Of a stretch of DNA of 64,000 nt, positions 1 through 12,820 are shown piece after piece. Both the position numbers and the translations under genes were made by a program. The stretch's first letter is position 1; every line of letters begins with the position of its first letter. The DNA comes from Escherichia phage 04086: the sequence record OR842557. One strand, written 5' to 3'. Under the pieces are notes generated by a model, which worked only from the letters and a program-made list of their open reading frames with translations, had not been told where the DNA came from and made no database searches.

Positions 1-2
1 TC

Positions 3-62
3 AATCACAAAAATGCCGCTGAAGTCATTGCCTTGATTAAAACAACTTTTGATATCCAGTAA
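3..62 (+). CDS. C-terminal fragment of an upstream ORF running off the window start
   Basis: Frame 3 is open from the window edge to TAA at 60-62 (..NHKNAAEVIALIKTTFDIQ*). Confidence 0.25.
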   Translation, partial: NHKNAAEVIALIKTTFDIQ

Positions 63-70
63 AAAAGTAG

Positions 71-99
71 TATACAAGCCAATGGGGCTATGATACAAT
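71..99 (+). promoter_or_regulatory. Possible early sigma70-type promoter (TATACA, 17 nt spacer, TACAAT)
   Basis: Hexamers read directly; lies upstream of the 140..379 ORF. Confidence 0.35.
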
Positions 100-139
100 G
101 GTCCCATACTGAGTTAACAGCTAAAAACTGGAGAATAAA

Positions 140-379
140 ATGAAATTACAACGTGAATCAATCAAAGATTCTGAAGTTAAAGGCAAATGGTACTTCACAA
201 TCCAAGGTAATAACCCGGAAGCTCTGGAAAAAGCTGAACAAGCTTTGTGTGCGATGGGTTGGAAAGATGAGTGCGATGGGTGTCCTCTTTATGAAGACGG
301 TAGCTCATCTGGCTTCTGGATTCACCACTCTGACGTTGGCCAATTTAAAACTGACTGGAAAATCGCTAAGAAAGCGTGA
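140..379 (+). CDS. Small hypothetical early protein (79 aa)
   Basis: ORF with upstream aaactggagaataaaATG initiation module (GGAG RBS); stop overlaps next ORF region. Confidence 0.55.
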   Translation: MKLQRESIKDSEVKGKWYFTIQGNNPEALEKAEQALCAMGWKDECDGCPLYEDGSSSGFWIHHSDVGQFKTDWKIAKKA

Positions 380-390
380 GGAAAAATATA

Positions 391-724
391 ATGCTTGCTG
401 AATACACCTGTTTTGCTAAAGATGATGCACATCCTGAACTGGTTCTTGAAGTTAAGGTCGATCACCTCGACCATGAATTTGAGTGGAGCCTTTACATTTA
501 TCCTAAAAATATGTTTGATAGCGTACAAGAATTTAAACTTAACGATAAATGTATCAGTGGTATCATTGGATACGGGTCTAGTGAAAGCATATACTCATTA
601 GAAGAAATCCGTGAATCACGTTGTGCCGTAGCTTATTTTGATACCGATACCATTAAGCATCTTTATAAATTGGTTATTGAACTTCGTAAAGATTTTACTG
701 CTATTAAAAAGCTACGGGCTAATT

Positions 725-747
<23 letters not shown>
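391..747 (+). CDS. Hypothetical protein (118 aa from ATG 391; track ORF starts at GTG 376)
   Basis: ATG at 391 preceded by tgaGGaaaaatata; open frame to 747. Confidence 0.5.
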
Positions 748-2859
<2,112 letters not shown>

Positions 2860-2920
2860 AAATTCAAATAATCTGTACTCTGTTTTTGGTTATTATGGTC
2901 GGGCTGAATTTGGTGCTATA

Positions 2921-3214
2921 ATGAGAGTCTGTAGAGTTGTTAACAAGTATAAAGAAGATTTTGATGTCAACATCCAACGTGGAACTATGTGGGGTAATCC
3001 ATTTAAAGATGGAACCCGCGAGGAAAACATCAAGAACTTTAAAGAATACTTTATTGCTAAAATAAAATCGGGCGAAATTAAAAGAGAACATCTTGAAACC
3101 CTTAGAGGTATGCGTATAGCGTGTACCTGTAAACCTAAGGACTGTCATGGGGATGTGATAGCCTTGATTGTTAACAAACTTTTCAAAGACACGTTCTCAT
3201 TAGAAGACCTATAA
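2921..3214 (+). CDS. Hypothetical protein (97 aa) with RGTMWGNPF motif
   Basis: ORF between td and nrdA; motif resembles a conserved domain-of-unknown-function family (recollection only). Confidence 0.5.
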   Translation: MRVCRVVNKYKEDFDVNIQRGTMWGNPFKDGTREENIKNFKEYFIAKIKSGEIKREHLETLRGMRIACTCKPKDCHGDVIALIVNKLFKDTFSLEDL

Positions 3215-3217
3215 ATA
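3210..3217 (+). promoter_or_regulatory. TATAAATA late-promoter-like box upstream of nrdA
   Basis: Exact TATAAATA octamer on + strand. Confidence 0.3.
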
Positions 3218-3225
3218 TCAGTCCA

Positions 3226-3250
3226 TGCTTAACAGGTTCTATGATAGAAT
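3226..3250 (+). promoter_or_regulatory. Candidate MotA-dependent middle promoter (TGCTTAA box, 12 nt, TAGAAT)
   Basis: MotA-box-like TGCTTaA followed at correct spacing by a -10-like hexamer, 30 nt upstream of nrdA ATG. Confidence 0.45.
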
Positions 3251-3280
3251 AATTGTAGAACCTAACATATTGAGGAAATT

Positions 3281-5705
3281 ATGCAAGTACAAAAAAGTAG
3301 TGGTGTATCCCAAGATTTTGACGCACAAAAAATTATTAAAGTTCTGACTTGGGGCTGTGAAGGAACCCAAATCGACCCCTATGAATTATACGAAGAAATC
3401 AAATCTCATCTTCGTGATGGTATGACTACCAAAGATATCCAAAATCTGACTGTTAAGGTAGCAGCCAACCTTATTTCAGTTGAAGAGCCTGATTACCAAT
3501 ATGTTGCTGCAAAGCAATTGATGTTTGCACTGCGTAAAGAAGTTTATGGCCAGTTCGAACCACGTAGCTTTATCGACCATATTTCCTATTGTGTTAACGA
3601 AGGTAAATATGACCCTGAATTGCTGTCTCGATATTCTGCAGAAGAAATTACTTTCTTAGAATCTCATATCAAGCATGAACGTGACTTTGAATTGACCTAT
3701 GCAGGTGCGATGCAGCTGAAAGAGAAATATCTGGTTAAAGATAAGACTACGGGTAAAATCTACGAAACCCCTCAGTTCGCTATCATGTGTATTGGCATGG
3801 CCTTACACCAAGAAGAGCCAGGTAATCGTTTGGCACATATTATTCGTTTTTATGATGCTGTAAGTACCCGTCAGGTTTCATTACCAACTCCTATTATGGC
3901 TGGAGCACGTACACCTACCCGTCAATTTAGTTCTTGTGTGGTTATTGAAGCAGGCGACTCACTGAAATCTATTAACAAAACTGCTAACTCAATAATTGAA
4001 TACATTTCTAAACGTGCAGGTATTGGTATCAACGTTGGTATGATTCGTGCTGAAGGTTCTCGTATTGGCATGGGTGAAGTCAAACATACTGGCGTTATTC
4101 CATTCTGGAAACATTTCCAGACTGCTGTTAAATCATGTTCACAAGGTGGAATCCGTGGCGGCGCTGCTACTGCTTATTATCCTATTTGGCATTTGGAAGT
4201 TGAAAATCTGCTCGTTCTGAAAAACAACAAAGGCGTAGATGAGAACCGTATTCGTCATATGGACTACGGAATCCAGATGAACGACCTTATGATGGAACGT
4301 TTCGGTAAAAATGATTACATCACGCTGTTTAGTCCTCATGAAATGGGTGGTGAGCTTTATTATTCTTATTTCGAAGACCAAGACCGTTTCCGTGAATTGT
4401 ATGAAGCAGCTGAAAAAGACCCTAGTATTCGTAAGAAACGTATTAAAGCACGTGACCTCTTCGAATTGTTCATGACCGAACGTTCAGGCACTGCACGAAT
4501 TTATCCTCAGTTCGTTGATAACACTAACAACTTCACACCATTTATTCGTGAAAAAGCTCCTATTCGACAGAGCAACTTGTGTTGTGAAATTGCTATCCCG
4601 ACTACTGACGTGAATAGTCCGGACGCCGAAATTGGTTTGTGTACGTTGTCTGCATTTGTGCTGGATAACTTCGATTGGCAGGACCAAGACAAAATCAACG
4701 AGCTCGCTGAAGTCCAGGTACGTGCACTTGATAACCTATTGGACTACCAAGATTATCCTGTTCCTGAAGCTCTGAANTGTGAATAGTCCGGACGCTGAAA
4801 TCGGATTGTGTACGTTGTCTGCATTTGTGCTGGATAACTTCGATTGGCAGGACCAAGACAAAATCAACGAGCTCGCTGAAGTCCAGGTACGTGCACTTGA
4901 TAACCTATTGGACTACCAAGATTATCCTGTTCCTGAAGCTCTGAAGGCCAAGAAACGTCGTAATCTGGGTGTTGGTGTTACGAACTATGCAGCTTGGTTA
5001 GCAAGCAACTTTGCTTCTTATGAAGACGCAAACGATTTAACTCATGAACTGTTTGAGAGATTACAATATGGGCTTATCCGAGCATCAATCAAGTTGGCCG
5101 AAGAAAAAGGACCTTGCGAGTATTATTCAGACACTAAATGGTCTCGAGGCGAATTACCTATCGACTGGTACAATAAAAAGATTGACCAAATCGCAGCCCC
5201 TAACTATGTTTGTGACTGGACGTCGTTGCGGGAAGACTTGGCTAAACATGGCATCCGTAATAGCACATTATCAGCACTTATGCCGTGTGAATCAAGCAGC
5301 CAGGTTTCCAACTCTACAAACGGCATCGAACCTCCACGTGGTCCGGTAAGTATTAAAGAATCTAAAGAAGGTAACTTCCGTCAGGTAGTTCCTAATGTAG
5401 AACATAACCAAGGGCTCTACGATTACGCTTGGACCCTCGCTAAGAAAGGTAATAAACCTTATCTTACCCAAGTGGCAATAGCGTTGAAATGGGTGTGTCA
5501 ATCGGCATCAGCTAATACATATTATGACCCGCAGATTTTCCCAAAAGGAAAAGTTCCGATGTCAGTAATGCTTGATGACCTGCTGTATTTCTGGTACTAC
5601 GGTGGTAAGAACCTTTACTATCATAACACCCGTGATGGCTCTGGTACTGATGACTACGAAATCGAAACTCCTAAAGCCGACGATTGTGCAGCTTGTAAGC
5701 TTTAA
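3281..5705 (+). CDS. nrdA: Ribonucleotide reductase large subunit; frame broken by duplication at n 4777
   Basis: Class I RNR alpha features (ATP-cone N-terminus, NxCxE active-site region NLCCEIAIPT, C-terminal CAACKL tail); after removing the duplicate ~750 aa as in T4 NrdA. Confidence 0.9.
4609..4945. repeat. Direct duplication (~168 bp x2, n at 4777) inside nrdA
   Basis: Second copy repeats SPDAEIGLCTLSAFVLDNFDWQDQDKINELAEVQVRALDNLLDYQDYPVPEAL with a few synonymous differences. Confidence 0.9.
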
Positions 5706-5758
5706 TAAAATCTGATTATAATTGACTCATGGATGAGTCACTAACAAATGAGAATAAC

Positions 5759-6898
5759 ATGTCTACAGTTTTTAATACCACCCCAGTTGATGTTTTAGTC
5801 GAACCGATGTTCTTTGGTTCAGGATTGGGTATTGCTCGTTATGATATCCAACGTCATAAAGTGTTCGAAGAGCTTTGTGAGAAGCAGTTGAGTTTTTTCT
5901 GGCGTCCAGAAGAAGTCAACTTGATGATGGATGCTGCTCAATTTAATAAGCTTCCACAATTCCAACAAAATATTTTTACCAATAACCTGAAGTATCAATC
6001 ACTTCTGGATAGTATCCAAGGTCGTGCTCCTTCTGCAGCACTCCAAGCCTTGATTTCCGACCCTAGCCTTGATACTTGGGTGGCTACATGGACCTTTAGT
6101 GAGACCATTCACTCTCGTTCATATACCCATATTATGCGTAACCTCTATACAGACCCATCTAAGGTATTTGATGAAATTCTGTTAGATGATGCTATCATGA
6201 AACGTGCTGAATCCATTGGTCGTTATTATGATGACGTTATCGAGAAAACTCGCCTTTATCAGAATGCTTTAGAAGAATATCATGAGTTTAGCGAAGGCGT
6301 AAAACAGGCTAAATACGAACTAATGCGTTCTCTTTACCTCTGTCTGCACGTAATCAACGCCCTGGAAGCTATTCGTTTTTACGTATCTTTCGCATGCACC
6401 TTTAACTTCCATAAAAACATGGAAATCATGGAAGGTAATGCTAAGATTATGAAGTTCATTGCACGTGATGAACAGCTTCACCTTAAAGGTACCCAGTACA
6501 TTATTCGTCAACTCCAACTTGGTACTGATGGTGCTGAATGGGTTAAAATTGCTCAAGAGTGCGAACAAGAAGCAGTTGATATTTTCATGGAAGTTAACCG
6601 TCAAGAAAAAGAATGGGCCGCTCACCTGTTCAAAGATGGTACTTGCCCTGGATTAAATACTCAGAACATGGGTGCTTTTGTCGATTACCTGACAGTTTCT
6701 CGTATGAAGCAATGTGGCTTACCATGTCCTATTACTGATGCTCCTGCCCGCCATCCATATCCTTGGATTCGTGAATACCTGAACTCTGATGCTGTACAGG
6801 CTGCTCCTCAGGAAGTGGAAATCAGTTCTTACCTTGTAGCACAAATTGATAACGATGTTGATGAAAAAGTAATGGCATCGTACAAGAAATATTTTTAA
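5759..6898 (+). CDS. nrdB: Ribonucleotide reductase small subunit, uninterrupted (no intron)
   Basis: Start MSTVFNTTPVDV as in T4 NrdB; diiron/tyrosyl radical family; C-terminus ..KVMASYKKYF. Confidence 0.9.
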   Translation: MSTVFNTTPVDVLVEPMFFGSGLGIARYDIQRHKVFEELCEKQLSFFWRPEEVNLMMDAAQFNKLPQFQQNIFTNNLKYQSLLDSIQGRAPSAALQALISDPSLDTWVATWTFSETIHSRSYTHIMRNLYTDPSKVFDEILLDDAIMKRAESIGRYYDDVIEKTRLYQNALEEYHEFSEGVKQAKYELMRSLYLCLHVINALEAIRFYVSFACTFNFHKNMEIMEGNAKIMKFIARDEQLHLKGTQYIIRQLQLGTDGAEWVKIAQECEQEAVDIFMEVNRQEKEWAAHLFKDGTCPGLNTQNMGAFVDYLTVSRMKQCGLPCPITDAPARHPYPWIREYLNSDAVQAAPQEVEISSYLVAQIDNDVDEKVMASYKKYF

Positions 6899-6903
6899 GG
6901 AAT

Positions 6904-6917
6904 GGGGCTTCGGCCCC
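6904..6917 (+). promoter_or_regulatory. GC stem-loop with UUCG tetraloop (GGGGC-UUCG-GCCCC) between nrdB and denA
   Basis: Perfect 5-bp stem read directly; no strong U tract, so likely an RNA stability/processing element rather than a strong terminator. Confidence 0.4.
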
Positions 6918-6925
6918 TTATTGCT

Positions 6926-7336
6926 ATGAAAGAAATCGCAGACGAATTTAGCTTTATCAAGTACGTCACCCTAGAACTCCAAGATGACGCCACCATAGCT
7001 CCACTTACGGTACCAAATAAACAAAATGTAATATATGCTATAGCGGTTGATGATATACTAGTCTACGTCGGGAAGACTAAAAATCTTCGTAAGCGCATCA
7101 ACTACTACCGGACCGCTATTAATCGTAAGGACCAAACGTCAGATTCGACTAAGTCCATTCTGATTCATGAAGCATTAATGGCAGGTAAAAAGGTGGAGTT
7201 CTATGCACGGCAGTGCTTTAATCTGTCGATGACTAACGAACTTGGAACTATGTCAGTTGAGACCATGTCTCTTGAAGAGCCAATGTTCATAAAGAAATTT
7301 AATCCACCTTGGAATACCCAACACCGTGCCAAATGA
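6926..7336 (+). CDS. denA: Endonuclease II
   Basis: 136 aa from MKEIADEFSFIKY; strong match to T4 DenA (..VIYAIA..YIGKTKNLRKRINYYRTAINRKD.TSDSTKS..FYARQCFNLSMTNELGTM). Confidence 0.85.
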   Translation: MKEIADEFSFIKYVTLELQDDATIAPLTVPNKQNVIYAIAVDDILVYVGKTKNLRKRINYYRTAINRKDQTSDSTKSILIHEALMAGKKVEFYARQCFNLSMTNELGTMSVETMSLEEPMFIKKFNPPWNTQHRAK

Positions 7337-7983
7337 AGAAACATTACATATACAAAATTACAGTTATGGAAGGCCCATTTAAAGACCACTATTATATAGG
7401 TAAAAGGTCTAACGAGGACCCTGAAAATGACATTTATAGCGGTAGTGGTGTAAAACTACCGTATATAAAAAGAAATTTTAGATTTATTAAGGAAATTTTA
7501 TCATTTCATTCGGATGAACAAGAAGCTTATGATAAAGAAAAGGAATTGGTATGTTATGAGGCCTTAATGGACCCATATTGTTTAAATGTTGTTCTTGGAG
7601 GCAGGGGTCATAAAACGGGTGATAAATTATCGCAATGGTATTTTTATGATGAGCTTTTTGAATTATGGGTAAATAACGGTCTATTAGGATACGGAAGATT
7701 TGGGCGATTGGCTGTCTCATTAGGATATCCTAATGAGCATTACGGAGGCCTTATAGCGGCCTTTGAAAAAAATTCAGGATTAAAAGCAAATTCTAATACC
7801 AAAACCCTAGGAGTTCCTTCTTCCAAGCGTAAGGAACATTGGCTTTACGAAAAGGAGCTTTTCGAACATTGGGTTAAAATGGGCCGATGCGGTCATAGAA
7901 CCTTTAAACGCAAGATGGTAGCTTTAAATTATCCTGATGTATCCTATTATCAAATGGTTGAAAATTTTAAGGTAAAGCAATGA
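7333..7983 (+). CDS. GIY-YIG family homing endonuclease-like protein (Seg-like)
   Basis: N-terminal YIYKIT...YYIGKRS...YSGSG module typical of GIY-YIG; inserted between denA and rnlA; start overlaps denA stop. Confidence 0.7.
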   Translation: MKKHYIYKITVMEGPFKDHYYIGKRSNEDPENDIYSGSGVKLPYIKRNFRFIKEILSFHSDEQEAYDKEKELVCYEALMDPYCLNVVLGGRGHKTGDKLSQWYFYDELFELWVNNGLLGYGRFGRLAVSLGYPNEHYGGLIAAFEKNSGLKANSNTKTLGVPSSKRKEHWLYEKELFEHWVKMGRCGHRTFKRKMVALNYPDVSYYQMVENFKVKQ

Positions 7984-9128
7984 TTGAATTATATGATAAC
8001 TTGATGGCCCTGGTTAAAAACTCGACTAAATCTAAGTTCTTCTTTAAAGACTTTCAGAGTGCTCTAGGAGTCAACTATCGCATCTTTAGTTATAACTACG
8101 CATCATACAGTGATTGGTTGGAAGACGGCGCACTAGAGTGCCGAGGCATTATGTTTGAAATGGACGAGAAAGGTCCTGTACGTATTGCCGCTCGTCCTAT
8201 GCAAAAGTTCTTTAACCTCGACGAAAACCCTATGACTATCGGTCTAGATTTGTCGCCAGAAAATATCGACCTCGTAATGGCTAAGGAAGATGGTTCTCTG
8301 ATTTCTACATTCATGGACCGACAGTATCTTTCTGTTAAATCTAAAGGCTCTATCCATTCATCAATGGTGCATGATTCTTTACGGTTCCTTCGTCTCCCTG
8401 AGAACGAGGCTTTTGCCGCACGTCTAGAAGAAATCACCAAAGCTGGGTATACCTGCAACCTTGAATATGTAGCACCTACCAACCGTATCGTGCTGGCTTA
8501 CCAAGAAACAAACCTCATCCTGTTAAACGTTCGTAATAATGAAACAGGTGAATATATTCCGTATGCTGAATTGTTTAAAGATGGCGCGCTGCGTAAGCAT
8601 TTGGTTGAAAGCTATGACCTCACCGAAGGTGATTTCGTAGAAAACATCCGTAAACAAGAGGGTATTGAAGGTTTCATCTTTGTACTTAAAGATGGTACGT
8701 TCTTTAAACTCAAAACTGCATGGTACAGTGCACTACATCATACCAAAGATTCCATTAACAATAACGAACGTTTGTTTGAAGTTGTAGTGGCTGGTGGTAC
8801 TGACGACCTTCGTGGCCTGTTCAGTACGGATTCGTTTGCTATCGAGAAAATCGATGCCTTTGAACGTATCCATTTAGATTACTTAGAACAATCACTGGCT
8901 TTGTTAGAAGCAGCGTACTCCCAACTCAAAGGCCGCGACCGTAAGGACTACGCTGTTACAGGTCAATTAATCCTTAAGGACTTCCCAGGGTTGTTCTCTA
9001 TTCTTATGCAGGCGTACGTAGGCGGTATTAATTACGATACGGTTGTAGACCAGATTAACTCTGTGTTCTTGAAAAACCACAAAGCCCAAATCCCTGAAAA
9101 ATATTTGAAAGAAATTGTGGTAGAGTAG
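7980..9128 (+). CDS. rnlA: RNA ligase 1
   Basis: 382 aa; collinear with T4 gene 63 product (YRIFSYNYASYSDWL..ALECRGIMFEMD...EDGSL.S...FVAPTNRIVLAYQE..ILLNVR.NETGEY). Confidence 0.9.
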   Translation: MIELYDNLMALVKNSTKSKFFFKDFQSALGVNYRIFSYNYASYSDWLEDGALECRGIMFEMDEKGPVRIAARPMQKFFNLDENPMTIGLDLSPENIDLVMAKEDGSLISTFMDRQYLSVKSKGSIHSSMVHDSLRFLRLPENEAFAARLEEITKAGYTCNLEYVAPTNRIVLAYQETNLILLNVRNNETGEYIPYAELFKDGALRKHLVESYDLTEGDFVENIRKQEGIEGFIFVLKDGTFFKLKTAWYSALHHTKDSINNNERLFEVVVAGGTDDLRGLFSTDSFAIEKIDAFERIHLDYLEQSLALLEAAYSQLKGRDRKDYAVTGQLILKDFPGLFSILMQAYVGGINYDTVVDQINSVFLKNHKAQIPEKYLKEIVVE

Positions 9129-9157
9129 TTTACATCTCCTCATGTTGTGTTAGTATA
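9128..9157 (+). promoter_or_regulatory. T4-type early promoter (GTTTACA, 16-17 nt, TAGTAT) with downstream inverted repeat ctcctcat/atgaggag
   Basis: Motifs read directly upstream of 9187 ORF. Confidence 0.5.
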
Positions 9158-9186
9158 GACTTACCAACTAATGAGGAGAAAACAAA

Positions 9187-9894
9187 ATGAATATGCAAAT
9201 GATTACTAACGAAATGGTTGTTAAGGCTTTTGGTGACTCTACTGACGGTATCCAAGTTTTTAAAGGTTCTCGTGCAGTAGGTTACCTGACCGATCTTCGT
9301 GTTACTTTAGCTAAAAATGCTAAAAAGAAAATCAAGCAAAAAGAATACTCTACCCGTTATGCAGAAGAAAAGCGTGAAGCCATGCCCGAAGCTGTTAACT
9401 CTATGGTTGAGTTTCTCCGAAACAACCTTTCCAAGTACGATGCCGAGGTGTTCATTAATATTAGCCAACCCAATGTTAAAATCTCAGGTATCACTTTCTA
9501 TTTGATTTGTGACCCATTAAGCGACAAGTTTAATCGCCTTGGCATTTCAAGTCCTTACCATACCGCTGAAGAATTGTGTTTTATGTTCGAAACGTACAAA
9601 ATTCAGTGTGAAAATCCTAAAACAGTTCTTATTAATTCCCTGTCACGTGATGACATCATCGAGATTATTACCAAATGTCTAANTAAAATCTCAGGCATCA
9701 CGTTCTATTTGATTTGCGACCCATTAAGCGACAAGTTTAATCGCCTTGGCATTTCAAGTCCTTACCATACCGCTGAAGAATTGTGTTTTATGTTCGAAAC
9801 GTACAAAATTCAGTGTGAAAATCCTAAAACAGTTCTTATTAATTCCCTGTCACGTGATGACATCATCGAGATTATTACCAAATGTCTAAATTAA
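9187..9894 (+). CDS. alc: Alc-like protein (synteny-based); frame carries a duplication at n 9683
   Basis: Position immediately downstream of rnlA as T4 alc; ~165 aa after removing duplicate; sequence identity to Alc not verified. Confidence 0.45.
   Translation: MNMQMITNEMVVKAFGDSTDGIQVFKGSRAVGYLTDLRVTLAKNAKKKIKQKEYSTRYAEEKREAMPEAVNSMVEFLRNNLSKYDAEVFINISQPNVKISGITFYLICDPLSDKFNRLGISSPYHTAEELCFMFETYKIQCENPKTVLINSLSRDDIIEIITKCLXKISGITFYLICDPLSDKFNRLGISSPYHTAEELCFMFETYKIQCENPKTVLINSLSRDDIIEIITKCLN
9477..9891. repeat. Direct duplication (~206 bp x2, n at 9683) inside alc-like ORF
   Basis: Repeated KISGITFYLICDPLSDKFNRLGISSPYHTAEELCFMFETYKIQCENPKTVLINSLSRDDIIEIITKCL. Confidence 0.9.
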
Positions 9895-10235
9895 GTATTT
9901 ACCTTTTAGCTGGAGCCATTGCAGTAGGTGCTTACGGTTTTATTTCGTATCAATCAAGTCGTATTGATACCCTTACTGAAGAACTGAAAACCACCCAGCA
10001 AACGGCAAAACAGAACGCTGAAGCTGTAGAGGACCTTCGTGGTCAATACTCTGATATTGAATTCCGTACTACTGAAATGAATGCCCGAATGGATAAAATT
10101 AAGGTAGAAAATGAAAAGCTCCGTAAAGATTCGAAGAAGGCGCACGTGGTGGCAAGTAAGCCAGGACTGGTCGAAAAACAAATCAACAAGTCCTTCGATT
10201 CCTTTACAGAAGACTTCAGGAGCATTACAGAATGA
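9882..10235 (+). CDS. Putative i-spanin (Rz-like; T4 PseT.3 position)
   Basis: N-terminal TM helix (LSIYLLAGAIAVGAYGFISY) followed by charged coiled-coil-like region; overlaps next gene by ATGA. Confidence 0.55.
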   Translation: MSKLSIYLLAGAIAVGAYGFISYQSSRIDTLTEELKTTQQTAKQNAEAVEDLRGQYSDIEFRTTEMNARMDKIKVENEKLRKDSKKAHVVASKPGLVEKQINKSFDSFTEDFRSITE

Positions 10236-10695
10236 TTAAATTATCTGTAGTAGTATTATCTATTGGCTTGTTAGTTGGATGTGCCCAGGATGTCCCTGTA
10301 GTGCCTAAGCAACAACTGCATCCTTCATGGCCACAACCTATCGCCGAACATAATGTTAAATGGCAGGTTAAGGTAATCGATGGTAAGGCCTGGGTTGGAA
10401 TGCCATTTGAAGATTCCCAAGAACATCGTATTTGGTTGAATGACGTAAAAAGATATGTACAANCATCCCTGTAGTGCCTAAGCAACAACTACATCCTTCG
10501 TGGCCACAACCTATCGCCGAACATAATGTTAAATGGCAGGTTAAGGTAATCGATGGTAAGGCCTGGGTTGGAATGCCATTTGAAGATTCCCAAGAACATC
10601 GTATTTGGTTGAATGACGTAAAAAGATATGTACAAGACCAGAAATCTATGTTATGTTATTATCGTTCCGGCCTAAAAGAGGAGAAGTGCAAATGA
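10232..10695 (+). CDS. Putative o-spanin lipoprotein (Rz1-like; T4 PseT.2 position); contains duplication at n 10463
   Basis: Signal peptide with lipobox LLVGC, Pro-rich mature region; adjacent to the i-spanin candidate. Confidence 0.55.
10290..10640. repeat. Direct duplication (~173 bp x2, n at 10463) inside o-spanin candidate
   Basis: Repeated PVVPKQQLHPSWPQPIAEHNVKWQVKVIDGKAWVGMPFEDSQEHRIWLNDVKRYVQ. Confidence 0.9.
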
Positions 10696-10799
10696 TTGAG
10701 ACATGTGTTTGCGGTTGGGATGCCGTTAGATTTGGCGCTGCATTCTTTTGCTTTGGTATCGTGTTCAGCATGTGTATGCATGGTCTTTTTGGAAAGTAG
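10692..10799 (+). CDS. Small hydrophobic ORF (35 aa)
   Basis: ATG overlapping o-spanin stop (ATGA); Cys/Phe-rich hydrophobic peptide; not in ORF track (below 60 aa). Confidence 0.25.
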   Translation: MIETCVCGWDAVRFGAAFFCFGIVFSMCMHGLFGK

Positions 10800-10828
10800 T
10801 TTACAAACTCTTGGGAGCAGAGTATAAT
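10796..10828 (+). promoter_or_regulatory. T4-type early promoter (GTAGTTTACA, 17 nt, TATAAT) with flanking stem ggagc/gctcc
   Basis: Near-consensus -35/-10 with 17-nt spacer. Confidence 0.65.
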
Positions 10829-10862
10829 GCTCCTACGGATTATAAAAATTGAGGAAATTATT

Positions 10863-12066
<1,204 letters not shown>

Positions 12067-12067
<1 letters not shown>

Positions 12068-12264
12068 TGAATAATATCGAAAAGATTTTTCGTACAATCG
12101 AAGAAATTGAAAAACGTAAATGCTTTTTCTTCGGCGTGTGGCCTTTAACTGATGGACGCATTGGCCTGGATGTTATGGACTATAAAGATGAAGACAAGGT
12201 CGATGGTGGTATTTTTAAATCCGCTCCTGAACTCCTTGCCTTCTTGGAAGAACATTATGTATAA
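12067..12264 (+). CDS. Hypothetical small protein (65 aa)
   Basis: ATG overlapping pseT stop (TAATG). Confidence 0.45.
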
Positions 12265-12472
12265 CAAACACCATGAAGTTGAAGAAGAAGCTTATAAAGA
12301 GCTTCAGAAACTGGTAGGTCTGAATATGTCTCCTGCCCTCATTAACTCACTAGCAGCCCTTCGTAATGACCTCAATGAACGTTACAAAGGCGAGTACTAT
12401 GTTGAGTTCGTTCCTCTGACTGAAGTCGTTGACAGGTTTATTGTTAACGTGAAGGTCCATACAGTACACTGA
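12257..12472 (+). CDS. Hypothetical small protein (71 aa)
   Basis: ATG at 12257 in frame of track ORF 12152..12472. Confidence 0.45.
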   Translation: MYNKHHEVEEEAYKELQKLVGLNMSPALINSLAALRNDLNERYKGEYYVEFVPLTEVVDRFIVNVKVHTVH

Positions 12473-12479
12473 GGTTATT

Positions 12480-12758
12480 ATGTTCCCTACTTATTCTGAA
12501 ATTGTTAAAACCGTTTTTAGTCAGATTGTATCTGATTACCTATACGAACCCGTCGACACGTCGACTGAACTAAAAGTGCACGGTCGTTTGTCTGCTATTC
12601 TGGAAATCATGTTCCCGGATGCGGTTGATGCAATCACTGTTCAACTCACGCCTGGGGCAGCATTTGCAATTGTTCCATTTAAAATTGATAATCACATTTT
12701 GGCTATTTCATGCAAAATGGACTTCCAGAAACAAACGGTAGTTGTCGAAGCAATTTAA
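12480..12758 (+). CDS. Hypothetical protein (92 aa)
   Basis: ORF with GAGG upstream. Confidence 0.5.
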   Translation: MFPTYSEIVKTVFSQIVSDYLYEPVDTSTELKVHGRLSAILEIMFPDAVDAITVQLTPGAAFAIVPFKIDNHILAISCKMDFQKQTVVVEAI

Positions 12759-12820
12759 GTGTTTACTTTCACCAAGGACGGTGATATGATGACCTTACCG
12801 AAACAAATGAGGAAATCGAA

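Noticed and set aside
153-601. Overlapping alternative-frame ORFs 153..401 and 395..601
   Set aside because: Out-of-frame overlaps with better-supported ORFs 140..379 and 391..747; no RBS.
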